DNA of 63,568 bases, the filler included, from Folioceros fuciformis (taxonomy: Eukaryota), in NCBI GenBank assembly GCA_049999805.1. It is 6 parts of 5 records of this genome, joined end to end, with 100 filler letters (N's around TTAATTAATTAA, not from the genome) between each part and the next. Parts side by side here need not be neighbours in the genome. Positions count along the whole stretch, not along the records: positions 1 to 27,563 come from JBNGIO010006207.1; positions 27,664 to 47,934 come from JBNGIO010006207.1; 4 more parts are not named here. One strand, written 5' to 3'. Position numbers and translations under genes: made by a program. The notes beneath the pieces were generated by a model that worked only from the letters and a program-made list of their open reading frames with translations, was not told the origin of the DNA and searched no databases. This document shows positions 24,301 to 35,200 of this stretch, one piece after another (within the stretch, counting starts at the first letter, position 1; every line of letters begins with the position of its first letter).

Positions 24301-24639
24301 CGTGGCCACATGGAAACCGGCCCTTACCCAAAGAGGAGCTCATGGAGATTTGTGGTTCAAAAGCACATTCTTATTGTTAGTTTTTCAATTGAGGTTAACT
24401 TCTATGATTTAACTGGGTTAGGTTGGTAATTTGGAGATCATTTTGTGCTTTACCGTCTACAACTTTGGGGATCTAACTAGAAAGGCTGAATTTCTTATCA
24501 AATGGAAGCATTCTTTATGATACAAGACAACAATAGTAGGTGATAGGCTACTTGAAACCTTGAACAATCTTGTAAGAAATTAATTGTTGTAAGATTTTTA
24601 TGTAAATCTTGAAACAAAGGTGAATTGACATGAGTAACA

Positions 24640-24925
24640 ATAATTGGTTATCAAGCATGCTTATCAGAAATTTATTGACTTTAGAGTGAGATGATGTTGT
24701 TAGATTTTTGTATAGATCTTGGAGTAAAGATGAATTAATAGGAACCACAATTATTGGTTATCAAGCATACTTGTTAGCATTTATTAACTCTAGAGTAAGA
24801 GGGTGTTCTTAGATTTTTTTGCAGATCTTGGAGCAAAAGTGAATGGGCAAGGAACCACGATTATTGGTTATCAAGTACACTTATCTGGAATTTATTGGCT
24901 CTAGACTACGGGGTGTTCTTATAAG
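24640..24925. repeat. Tandem repeat, ~110-bp unit x2.5
   Basis: attggttatcaag...tttatt..ctctaga...tgttctta recurring at ~24643, 24754, 24863. Confidence 0.8.
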
Positions 24926-25703
24926 GACTTTCCAACAAAATTTGAGTAATATTAAATCTTGCATAGGAAAAGGTGACGCACGGTGGAACGAAGAGCCTTC
25001 TTTCAAATTATTGCGATGGGATTTACATTATCATGTTGTTTAAGCTTGGCAACTGAAGGCACCATTGGAATCAATTGGGGTTGAATTAATTAAAAGATAC
25101 GGGTTCAATGAAGTGAAATTTTTGTCTAGCTTCCACGCCTTCCCATCCCGTGATATTTTTCTTCACCTAATTTGATAAAGTTGTTGTTGTGTTATATGCT
25201 ACCCNNNNNNNNNNNNNNNNNNNNNNNNNNNNNNNNNNNNNNNNNNNNNNNNNNNNNNNNNNNNNNNNNNNNNNNNNNNNNNNNNNNNNNNNNNNNNNNN
25301 NNNNTGTTATATGCTACCCAAGGCAAGTCAGCGCTCGGGAAAGCAAACACTTCGAATTTTGAAGAGGACGCAGGATTCGCACCAGAAGGAAGGATTCGCC
25401 GCAAAGCGCAGCGATGGTGGGATTCGGAGCCGTGGCCAGGGACACGGGCACTGAACTCACGTGCACCTCCGGATGTCTGCTTTTCGGAATATGCCCATTG
25501 GCAAGAATGAGCGAGGCGAGGCCATGGGTTCTTGGAACTTCAGCCGGCCGTGGACCAGCATCTCACCAAACCTTGCACGAGCCTGGTTTATATAGTGACA
25601 GTGGATCCTTTCCATTCCACTGCACTGCTCTCGTCTCGTCTTCCTTCCAGCGCTGGTGCCAGCCTTGCAGCTTCCTAAGCTGTCGACAAGGAGCCCATTC
25701 GAC

Positions 25704-27032
25704 ATGGAGCGGCTCGCGTCGTCCCGCTCCCGCAGCCTGCCAACTCCATCTCCATTTTCTCTGCTCCTCCTGCTCCCGCTGCTCCTTCTGGTGCTCGCCG
25801 GCCTGGCCAAGGCGGTGGTTCAACCGGTGGAGAGGGTCTCGCTCCACGCCTGGGCTGACGCCGACCAGGTCCATGTGTCGCAGGTGGACCCGGATCTGGG
25901 AGGCAGCTGGGACTCGCGGGCGGACCCCAGTCTCGGCAGCGGCTGGCTGTCCGGGTCGGATACGGACGGAAGGGTGGACGAAACGCAGCCGGGCCCGACG
26001 GGTGAGGTACAAGGTGATCACCGAGGCGGATGGCCATGGCCGTGGCAGCAGAAGTGGGCGGGCCGGATCCCGTTCTGCCGGGGTCGGGTGTGGGTCGCGA
26101 TCAGGCCCAGCAGCGAGTCGGATCCCGCTTCCTGCCCCGCGGACGCTGTCAAGACGCATTTGTCGTGCGGGTTCACGGCATGCACCAAGCTCGCCCCCGG
26201 GTGGCACGAAAATTCGAAGCGGCTTGCGGAGCAGGGACAGGCGTACGATCAGGTCCTGGTGAACTCGCTGAGCGCTGTCAGCCATGCCAGCTTTCCTGAC
26301 CTACATCGGCCTCATCACCCCCGCCGGGAGCACGGGCACGCTCCCACGCCTGCTCAGTCTCCAGCTCCATCGCACATGCATCATCACCACAAGGCACCGG
26401 CTCCATCGCCAATCCATCGCCACAAGACTCCGGCTCCGTCGCCCGTGGTTCACCATCACAAGGCGCCGACGCCGGCTCCATCGCCAATCCATCGCCACAA
26501 GACTCCGGCTCCGTCGCCGGTGGTTCACCATCACAAGGCGCCCACGCCGGCTCCATCGCCAGTCCATCACCACCATGTTCCGGCTCCAGCTCCTGTGCAC
26601 GGTCATGGTCCCGGTCATGGGCACCATGTTCCGTCACCTCGTAGTCACGGTTACCCCGGATCGTTGCAACTGTCGGAGGTGTCGCGGCTCAGCAACTGGC
26701 AGCATCATCATTCCGAATCCGAAGCTCCTGAGCATGGCCAACAGCCTCCTGAGCATCCTGAGCACCCGCATCAGCCGTGGCATCATCATCCGAACGGCGG
26801 GACAGCCAAGGCTCCGGTGCCCCAGCATCATGGCGACAACACCTGCAAGACCAAGTGGACGGTGGAGGGCAACGTCATCCAGGTCATGGACTACTCCAAG
26901 GAGGAACCTGAAGCTGTGGATGGCTCCGCTCGAGAGAAAAAGCCGGGCTGCAAGTGGGTTTCCAACAGCGAGGGGAATTGGCTTCTGGTGTGTGTGAAAT
27001 GTGCAGACGTACCCCCCAATAGCCACCCGTAG
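25704..27032 (+). CDS. Secreted His/Pro-rich (AGP/HRGP-like) chimeric protein, ~442 aa
   Basis: TATA-like tttatatag at ~25588, first ATG 25704, Leu-rich signal peptide, 4-Cys domain, repeated (H)HHKAPTPAPSP units, C-terminal Cys/Trp domain; intronless. Confidence 0.8.
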   Translation: MERLASSRSRSLPTPSPFSLLLLLPLLLLVLAGLAKAVVQPVERVSLHAWADADQVHVSQVDPDLGGSWDSRADPSLGSGWLSGSDTDGRVDETQPGPTGEVQGDHRGGWPWPWQQKWAGRIPFCRGRVWVAIRPSSESDPASCPADAVKTHLSCGFTACTKLAPGWHENSKRLAEQGQAYDQVLVNSLSAVSHASFPDLHRPHHPRREHGHAPTPAQSPAPSHMHHHHKAPAPSPIHRHKTPAPSPVVHHHKAPTPAPSPIHRHKTPAPSPVVHHHKAPTPAPSPVHHHHVPAPAPVHGHGPGHGHHVPSPRSHGYPGSLQLSEVSRLSNWQHHHSESEAPEHGQQPPEHPEHPHQPWHHHPNGGTAKAPVPQHHGDNTCKTKWTVEGNVIQVMDYSKEEPEAVDGSAREKKPGCKWVSNSEGNWLLVCVKCADVPPNSHP

Positions 27033-27419
27033 GTGGCTGAGGCTACCGAAAGCGAGAGCGGGGACGAGTCTGTCGACTACGCTCTTCTTGCGTGAGCTTG
27101 ATCGACTTGGACTTGCAGGTACATAAAATTTGTTCACGGACACTGTTCAGAATAGGATCGGTTGTGGTCATGGAGCTGGATCAAGAGCTTGTGCAACTTG
27201 CAAGCGATCGGCTCCATATATAGCTTTGATTGGAATTTGAATAAAGACAAGTAGCTCCTTTGTCTCAAGGTTGTCTCCAGATTGCCAGCAGTCGCAACTT
27301 CCCAAGGAAAAAGGCTACGTACGCCGTCGATTTTGATGTGCAAAAACATTCCATTAGGAAGCGCGCAAGGCAAGGATGACGCTGCCCAGCATTTTGCGTA
27401 ACCCCTATTCGAAAGGAGT

Positions 27420-27563
27420 TGCTCGTGAGCACGCCGCACGACCTCAGCACGAGCATCCTGAGCATCCCGAAAACCCGCACCCTTGGTATCCCCATCTCAA
27501 AGGTGGCTCAGGTAGGGATCCAGTGACTCATCACGACATACATCTCAGTGGCGAAAAGATCTG
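27420..27563 (+). pseudogene. Partial duplicate of the His-rich protein's EHPEHP segment
   Basis: EHAARPQHEHPEHPENPHPWYPHLKGGSGRDPVTHHD versus EHGQQPPEHPEHPHQPWHHHPNGGTAKAPVPQHHGD; cut off by gap. Confidence 0.6.
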
Positions 27564-27663
27564 NNNNNNNNNNNNNNNNNNNNNNNNNNNNNNNNNNNNN
27601 NNNNNNNTTAATTAATTAANNNNNNNNNNNNNNNNNNNNNNNNNNNNNNNNNNNNNNNNNNNN
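27564..27663. other. Artificial contig linker N44-TTAATTAATTAA-N44 (also at 47935-48034, 53194-53293, 59437-59536, 62425-62524)
   Basis: Identical 12-mer with stop codons in all six frames centred in five 100-base N blocks. Confidence 0.95.
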
Positions 27664-28892
27664 GCCCTATCTCACTGCCAGAGCTAATATTGATGGTAGA
27701 ACTCATATTGATGGTTAGCTGAATGCACCTCTTGAGTACCTAGTTGCCAGCGTGCAAACGTCAGACAGAAGTTTTTGTCACACCGCAGCAGCTTCCCTTC
27801 GGCTACCGCAGATCGGAGTCCCAACCTTCCATCCTATAATGTACCGACCAGCAGCAGCATAAGAGCAAAGGCATTACCCTACTTGAGCAACAGAATCATT
27901 CAAAGGCTACAAGCTTGTGCAGCCGACAAAAAGAAAGTTGTGGCACCTGTAACCATGCCTCTCCATCACAGCAACCAGTTATACCTCGCAAACAGTGACA
28001 AGATGTAACGCAGGATGATGGATTTGCAATCCAGTCTCCTTCCGCAGACGCCATAACCCTTTCCCATCAGACCTCACCACATACCGAGTAGTACCGGCCT
28101 GGTCCGCCCCACCTACCGTGCTCAACACTACCACGCAATTTGGTTTCAGCTGAGAAGTTAGTCCGTAAGACACCGCCGGGTGCGAACATGCTTCCCTGAG
28201 CTGTGCAACGCTAGCTGCAATGCCAGATGCCTTCGCCGAGGCAATGTAAGCAAAATCAGCCTGGCCCTGCTCAAGCGGCCGCAACATGGCACAGCAATAA
28301 CGAAAAATGGTGCCAGGATTCAATTCTCTCCAGATCAATCCGCTGCCGAAGCCAATTGCTGTGCAAAACTGAAATCCGATAAGCCTGTCAGAGCTTCAAC
28401 CATCGTGCTTGGCGTGCAAGGTGCAGAAACTCCAAGACCACTTCTCCGCAAAAGATCTTCAGCTGCTCCAACCATTCTCCCAACTCCAACAGTCCTGGCA
28501 AACGTACAAAACCTCTTGCCAACTCCAGCCAGTTCCTATTCCATGGGATTCCGTCTTCGACGGCACAATCTACATGACTTATCTGGCGCAGCTCCACCGC
28601 ATCTGTTGGTGCTTGGGATGCTGGCAGCGTTTGAACAGGGCCGTATCTACAGGCTACAGCGCGCGCGAACTCCCAGCAGGTATCCAGCCGGTCACCGCTT
28701 CATTTGCATTAGGTGCACACGTTGATAGAGGTGTTCAAATCAAACATCAAACAAAGCGAGATCTCCAGTACTGAGGTTCCTGCGGGCACGTGGAGTGACG
28801 GCAGAGGCCAACTCCTCCCTGCTTGTAAAATTGTGTGAATCCACCTTCTCTGGCAGATTCGATTGCTCGTGCCTGGAAAATTGTTGCCAACA

Positions 28893-29739
28893 ATGCAGCT
28901 CCTGCTGCGACCGGCCTGGCTGGGGCTACCGAACGCATGCCAGGCACAGCAATCCTCGAGGATCGCAATTCGGTGCAGCGGTGCATCACATAACGGTGAA
29001 TTTCCATGCCCTCGTTTCTGTTTTGTGGCAGCCTTAGCAGCAGGCTTGATTCCTGCTTGGTGTGCGAGTGAGACCTGTAGGCGCGAGACCTTGTTTCAGA
29101 AGGTATCCAGTGGTTAACATCTTGAGGGGTCGCGAGGTTGGCAGGTGGAGTCGCCGTGAAGAGGAGGGGGCCGATTGTGGCAGACCTCCCGCTTGATCAA
29201 ATAAGACGGCCCTTACTCCGGACTCGGACAAATGACCCAGAAAAAGTGCAGGCCCTGATGGACAGTATCGCTGAAATTGGACTGCAAGAGCCAGTGAGTG
29301 AAGGCATTGTTAATGTTCTGCTCTGCTCCCTGCTACCTTCTTGGGGGTGACTTTTTGACAAGGATTGTGCTAGCGTGTGAACACAGATCGACATTTTGGA
29401 AGTCGAGGGTGTCTACTATGGTGAGTTTTTTCTGTTCTGCTTTTATGGTTAGGTTACCCCCGGCACTTTGGCAGCTCTACATCACTTACAGTTGCTGGGG
29501 TTTGCTTCGTGACAGGGTTTTCAGGATGCCATCGATTTGAAGCTCATCAAAGGCTTGGCCTGCCGACGATTCGATGTAAAATTCGGCGTGGTACGATAGA
29601 AACTCTCAGGTGAACCCTCCCCTCTTCCTTTCCCTTAAGATAGAGTTGCAGCTCCAGACCGTTGGAAATTGTGCTCACTTTCCTTGGTCTGTTCTGCTGA
29701 GTCTTGGCCCTTCGTCTCTTCAGGCACCACTTGCGTTGA
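28893..29739 (+). CDS. SRX: Sulfiredoxin with organellar transit peptide (5 exons)
   Basis: Exons 28893-28995, 29145-29293, 29387-29420, 29516-29609, 29724-29739 with GT-AG introns. LPLDQIRRPLLRTRTND, catalytic FSGCHR, ends ETLRHHLR*. Exon 1 is less certain. Confidence 0.93.
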
Positions 29740-30525
29740 ATCATGGATGAAGGGATTGATATCAAATCAAACGCACGATTTGCCCTTGGGTTGCTGTCCA
29801 TGTATATATGTACATACGTACGCGCAAGGTAACTGCAAATGTTGGAGTGTACATTTATTGACTTTATTCAAGTACAATGTGTGACTGCACATCTTTCAAG
29901 TGTGCCATCAAAGCCACACCCTGAGCTCTGAAAGTCCTGCCACCAAAAGCTTCAGCATAGATGTGTACGTGGTCACGAACTCGTCAGTGTTGTAGATAGT
30001 AAGGACTCTTGTGCAGATCCATCACTGTTGTAGATATAGTCCCAACTCTTGTGGATAATCGTAAGCGTATCCCCTCCTTGACACGCTCTGTGTATTGCGC
30101 ATAACATAACTGAGGTCTTGGGGTCCTGCAAGACACTGCCAATCCTCTCAAAACTCCCGTGTTCCAGACTGCTAAATTCGTCTAGAGCACACAATTGAAA
30201 CAGAAAACGCACGAAGCAACTGTATCGAACAGGGTACATCCTATCTCACCCTTGGATCGAAATTTCAAGGGCACGGAACAGGTGGCACAATATCTACAGT
30301 TACAAGAACTAGCAGAGGCTACGACCTCGTAGTGATGTCACCATATCTTCTCCATAAGCCGGAACTGGACTGGATTTCTAAATAAGCCACAGCTGGAGTG
30401 GATTTATACTCAAGCCACCGCTGGGGTTATTAAATACGGCTACAGACGGTATACATTATGAACAATCAGAGAAAATCCCTTCCAGATAACACAAGGAGGT
30501 CGTGAGCAACGAGGACGACCAAGAT

Positions 30526-31644
30526 TCATGCTGTCACAAACGGCAACACCATGAGCATAAACTCCTCGTAGGTGAGAGTAGCCGATCCCTGAAACCGAAC
30601 ATCCTTCTCCTTAAACTTATCAGTCAGGCCCTTGACAACAAGGGAACACTCCAGAAAGTTGTCATAGTCGATAGACTTTGCAAGCCCGGTCCGGTCATAT
30701 CTAGTGACAAGAACCTTCAACAAAGGTGGGGACACGGCGCATCCCATACTTAGCAACGCCTTCCCGAGCTCCTTCACATCCATCCTGCCGCTCCGGTCCA
30801 GGTCATGCTCGTCAAAGATCTTTCTCCAGTCCCTCAAGCTCTTCCACAAATTAGCAAACTCCACTGGCTTGATCTTGAGCGAGCATGTGGTGGAGAAAGA
30901 GTTAATGAGCAAATGAACCGTCCGCAAGCTAAAGGGATGCACCGCCGATAGCACCTTCTGCAGCTCCACATCGTCCACCTGCCCGCTGGCGTCCCGATCC
31001 GCCTGCTGGAACATCCGGATCACCTCCTGGTCTGTGCCCGGAGGAAAGAGCTCCGCCACCCCGTACCCATACCCCGGCTGCTGCCCGTATCCCCCGTACC
31101 CGAAAGACTGCTGCGGCTGGAGCCACGACTGCTGCGGCTGTGGCTGTCCCTGCCCCTGTCCTTGCCCTTGCCCTTGCCCGCCATACCCTAGCTGCGAGCC
31201 ATACCCTGGCTGCGGCTGTGGCTGCGGCTGCTGCTGGCCATAGCCGGACGGGTACTGCGGTGGCGGAGCAGGCGGAGGCTGGCCGTACCCCGTCCCCGGG
31301 GTCCCGTAAGGCGGAGCCGAGGCCTGGGTGAAGGATCCCGTACCCGGCTGGCCATAGCCGCTGGGGGCCGGAGGAGCTCCAGCAGGCGGCGTAGGCCCGT
31401 AACCCGCCCCTTGCGTCTGCCCGTACCGCGGAGGCCCCGTCTGAGCTCCATAGCCCCCCGGAGCTGCCGCTGGCTGGTATCCTCCATAGCCCGCCGCAGG
31501 ATCGTATCCCGCTGAGCCGTAGGCCCCCACCGGAGCTGCTCCTGCATAGCCTCCCGGCTGCGCGTACCCCGGCGCCGCCGGCGGCCACGGCTGTGGCGGT
31601 GCCGTGGGCGGCGCCCCGTGCGGCAGGCCTGGATCGGAAGACAT
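30526..31644 (-). CDS. Penta-EF-hand calcium-binding protein (peflin/ALG-2-like; plant CML48/49/50 type), 372 aa
   Basis: Gly/Pro/Tyr/Gln-rich N-terminus; EF hands DRDASGQVDDVE and DLDRSGRMDVKE; ends FMLMVLPFVTA; intronless. Confidence 0.93.
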   Translation of the reverse strand: MSSDPGLPHGAPPTAPPQPWPPAAPGYAQPGGYAGAAPVGAYGSAGYDPAAGYGGYQPAAAPGGYGAQTGPPRYGQTQGAGYGPTPPAGAPPAPSGYGQPGTGSFTQASAPPYGTPGTGYGQPPPAPPPQYPSGYGQQQPQPQPQPGYGSQLGYGGQGQGQGQGQGQPQPQQSWLQPQQSFGYGGYGQQPGYGYGVAELFPPGTDQEVIRMFQQADRDASGQVDDVELQKVLSAVHPFSLRTVHLLINSFSTTCSLKIKPVEFANLWKSLRDWRKIFDEHDLDRSGRMDVKELGKALLSMGCAVSPPLLKVLVTRYDRTGLAKSIDYDNFLECSLVVKGLTDKFKEKDVRFQGSATLTYEEFMLMVLPFVTA

Positions 31645-32240
31645 GCTCCTCCTTCCTGCTCGATCGATCGCACTCGCAATTCGCAGCGCAACGCTTAAGG
31701 AGCACGGAATTTCCCTCCACGAACAGCGACTTCCTCGCGGCGTTCAAAGTCCGGCAACGAACAAGGCCGTTCTGCAAGTGCCTATATGGCAAATGTGGGT
31801 GACAAGGCTCGTCGACTATTTCTCTCTAATGAATCCCTCTCATTGTTTTTTTACTCTTTTCATTTTGGCTGCGGTTGTAGCCAGAGGTGAGACCCTACCC
31901 TATTTATCCCAGAATTATATCCGATAATATCTGTCATTATGGTGTTTCATCCTTATCGAGACATTGCCATGCCCCTTGAGTCTATATATGCATGGTCTAC
32001 CTATTCTTAATTCTAATGCAGTGAACCCTAAAAATAATCTGACTTTTTTCCATATGGTGAAGGGGATCATAACTGTGTTTTTCGTCTGCCTTCTTGCACC
32101 GTTGAAGTGAAAATTTGAAGTTATGAGGAAACGAAATACCTTCTCGGTACAGGAAAGCGTGACATTTAAGTAGTTCATGAGCTCAGAAGGGGAGTGTATT
32201 CTGAAAGGCGCCGCCGCGGGAAGGCGCCGCGCCGAACAAG

Positions 32241-35200
32241 ATGGATCAGCGGTTCTCCTTCTCGCCGGCGGACCTCGCCCGTGTGCAAAGCGTCCAGTTT
32301 GGGATTCTCAGTCCCGATGAAATTGTGAGGATGCTGTGGACTGCTGGGATGTTTGCGCAATGTCAGGGGTGGGAGTTGATGGCGCTGCGCCGGGACTGAC
32401 CATGTGTTGTGATTTGTGTTGGGTGCTGTGCGATTTGGATGGCTGCAGCGTCAGATGTCTGTGGTGAAAATTGAGAGCAGTGAGACATATGACAGGGGGA
32501 AGGCCAAGCCGGGGGGCCTCAGCGACCCGAAGCTGGGCACAATTGACCGGCTGGTGAAGTGCGAGACCTGTGCGGGGAGTATGGCAGAATGCCCTGGGCA
32601 TTTCGGGCATCTGGAGCTGGCCAAGCCTATGTTTCACATCGGGTTTTTGAAGACTGTGCTGACGATACTGCGTTGCGTGTGTTTCAACTGCTCGCGGTGC
32701 CTCGCGAACGAGGTAGGGTGTGGAATTGGGTTTAGGGCTTGGGCGTGGGAGGTTTAGGTGGTACGGGAGTGACTGACGAGGGGTTTGGTCGGGTTTGCCA
32801 GGACGATCACCGGTTCAAGGTGGCCAAAAAGATTCGGAACCCGAAGCACAGGATGAAAAGGGTTTTGGATTGCTGTAAGACCAAGACTAAGTGCGAGGGG
32901 GGAGACGAGAATGAGGAGGAGCTGGGCGCGGATGATACAGAGAAAAAGAAGCGGCATGGGGGGTGTGGGGCGCAGCAGCCTAAGATTATCATTGATGGGA
33001 TGAAAATTGTGGCGGAGTTTAAGCCCAGTAAAAGGAAGAATGACCAGGACCAGGACCAGTACATGCCGGAGCCAGCTGAGAGGAAGTCGCATCTCAGTGC
33101 AGAGAAGGTGGTTGATAGTTTTGTTTCTGTAGCTGGTGGGAGCTAGAGGGCAAAACAGCAGGGTGCTAATACGGTGAGCTCTGTGGAGCAGGTGCTGAGC
33201 ATTCTCAAACGGATAACCGATGAGGACTGCATGTTGCTTGGGCTCAACCCTAAGTATGCCCGTCCCGACTGGTTGATTCTGCAAGTGTTGCCAATCCCGC
33301 CACCTCCTGTGAGGCCGTCTGTCATGATGGACAGCTCTGCAAGAAGTGAGGTGAGGGTCTGAGCATAACATGCGTTGTCTGTTGTCTTGACCTCCTCGGT
33401 TTTCTGGATATGAAGGAGTCTCAAGTCTGCTGCTGATTTCTGTCGTGGGTCTCCTCTAGGATGATCTGACTCACCAATTGGCCATGATCATTCGTCATAA
33501 CAATAACCTCAAAAAGCAAGAGCAGAATGGGGCTCCCACTCACATCATCAATGAGTTTGCGCAGCTGCTGCAGTTTCACATTGCAACTTACTTTGACAAT
33601 GACTTGCCTGGCCAACCACGGGTATGTCTTTCAGATTGAGGAATAGTGCAACTGCGTTTTGCCTACTTGATTAGTAGCCTTGCCAGGTTCTCGAAATGGT
33701 TGATACCATGGCAAGCTCTCTTCCTGCAGGCCACCCAAAGATCTGGGAGGCCCATCAAATCCATCTGTCAACGACTGAAAGCAAAGGAAGGCCGCATCAG
33801 AGGTAATCTAATGGGGAAAAGGGTTGACTTTTCAGCCCGAACAGTCATTACTCCGGATCCAAACATCAACATCGATGAGCTTGGAGTTCCTTGGAGTATT
33901 GCCCTCAATTTGACATATCCAGAGACGGTGACACCCTACAACATCGAGAGGTAACAGATTATTCAACGCTCTGCTCATTTACTGGGTGGCATGCGAGTGG
34001 GATTTCTCACACGTTCTTGCCAGGTTGAAGGAGCTTGTGGAATATGGTCCTCATCCCCCTCCTGGGAAGACAGGGGCGAAGTACATTATTCGAGAGGATG
34101 GGCAACGACTTGACCTCCGGTTTCTCAAAAAAAGCAGTGATCGTCATTTAGAGTTGGGTTACAAGGTTGAGAGGCATCTACAGGACGGTGACCTTGTGCT
34201 CTTCAACCGTCAGCCCAGTCTCCATAAGATGTCCATCATGGGTCACAAGATACTCATCATGCCTTATTCGACCTTCCGGCTCAATCTGTCTGTCACATCC
34301 CCCTACAATGCCGATTTTGATGGGGACGAGATGAATATGCATGTCCCTCAATCATTTGAGACTCGAGCGGAGGTTTTAGAGTTGATGATGGTGCCTAAGT
34401 GCATTGTTTCCCCACAGTCGAACAGGCCAGTCATTGGGATTGTGCAGGACACGCTATTAGGATGTCGAAAGATCACCAAAAGAGATACCTTTATTGAGAA
34501 AGTGAGTCTTAATATTTTTTGGGGTTTGCTTGGATGTGCTTTCAAGACACTTACATCAGTTCTCGGTGTGTTTTCCAGGACGTTTTCATGAATATTTTGA
34601 TGTGGTGGGAGGATTTTGATGGCAAGATCCCAACTCCCACCATTCTGAAGCCAAAACCCTTGTGGACGGGGAAACAGGTTTTTGGGCTAATTATCCCAAA
34701 GCAGATCAACCTCATGAGGCAGGCACAGTGGCATCCAGACGCGGAGGTTGGAGATCTATCTGTAGGTGACACCATTGTTCGAATTGAAAGGGGAGAGCTT
34801 TTGGCAGGCATTCTCTGCAAGAAGACCCTTGGAACATCCACTGGAAGTTTGATTCACGTAATCTGGTGAGCATGATGCTCCTTGCATTCCCATCTTGCTT
34901 ATTGCATTGTTTTCATGTGTGCTCATGATGGTTTTTTTTAAGTTTTTGACATCAATTGTGCGGTTTGGCACATGTCAGGGAGGAAGTGGGGCCAGATGCA
35001 GCTCGGAAGTTTTTAGGTCATACACAGTGGTTGGTAAACTACTGGCTGTTGCAGCAAGGATTCAGCATTGGCATTGGAGATACGATTGCAGATTCTTCCA
35101 CCATGGAGAAGATCAATGAGACTATTGCAAAGGCCAAGAATGAAGTGAAGGAGCTCATTAAGCAGGCACAGGAAAAGCAGCTGGAAGCCCAACCTGGTCG

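Larger units (their letters stand above)
21420..24323 (+). mobile_element. PIF/Harbinger DNA transposon derivative (non-autonomous)
   Basis: 15-bp TIRs GGGCCAGTTTCCATG / CATGGAAACCGGCCC (1 mismatch), TTA on both sides (21417-21419, 24324-24326), DDE transposase fragment, subterminal ~60-bp repeat x2 at 21505-21620. Confidence 0.9.

Noticed and set aside
25190-25319. tgttatatgctaccc on both sides of a 100-N gap as a possible TSD
   Set aside because: More simply an unmerged contig overlap.
27664-28860. Several 70-180-aa ORFs on both strands upstream of SRX
   Set aside because: No recognisable motifs or consistent exon chain.
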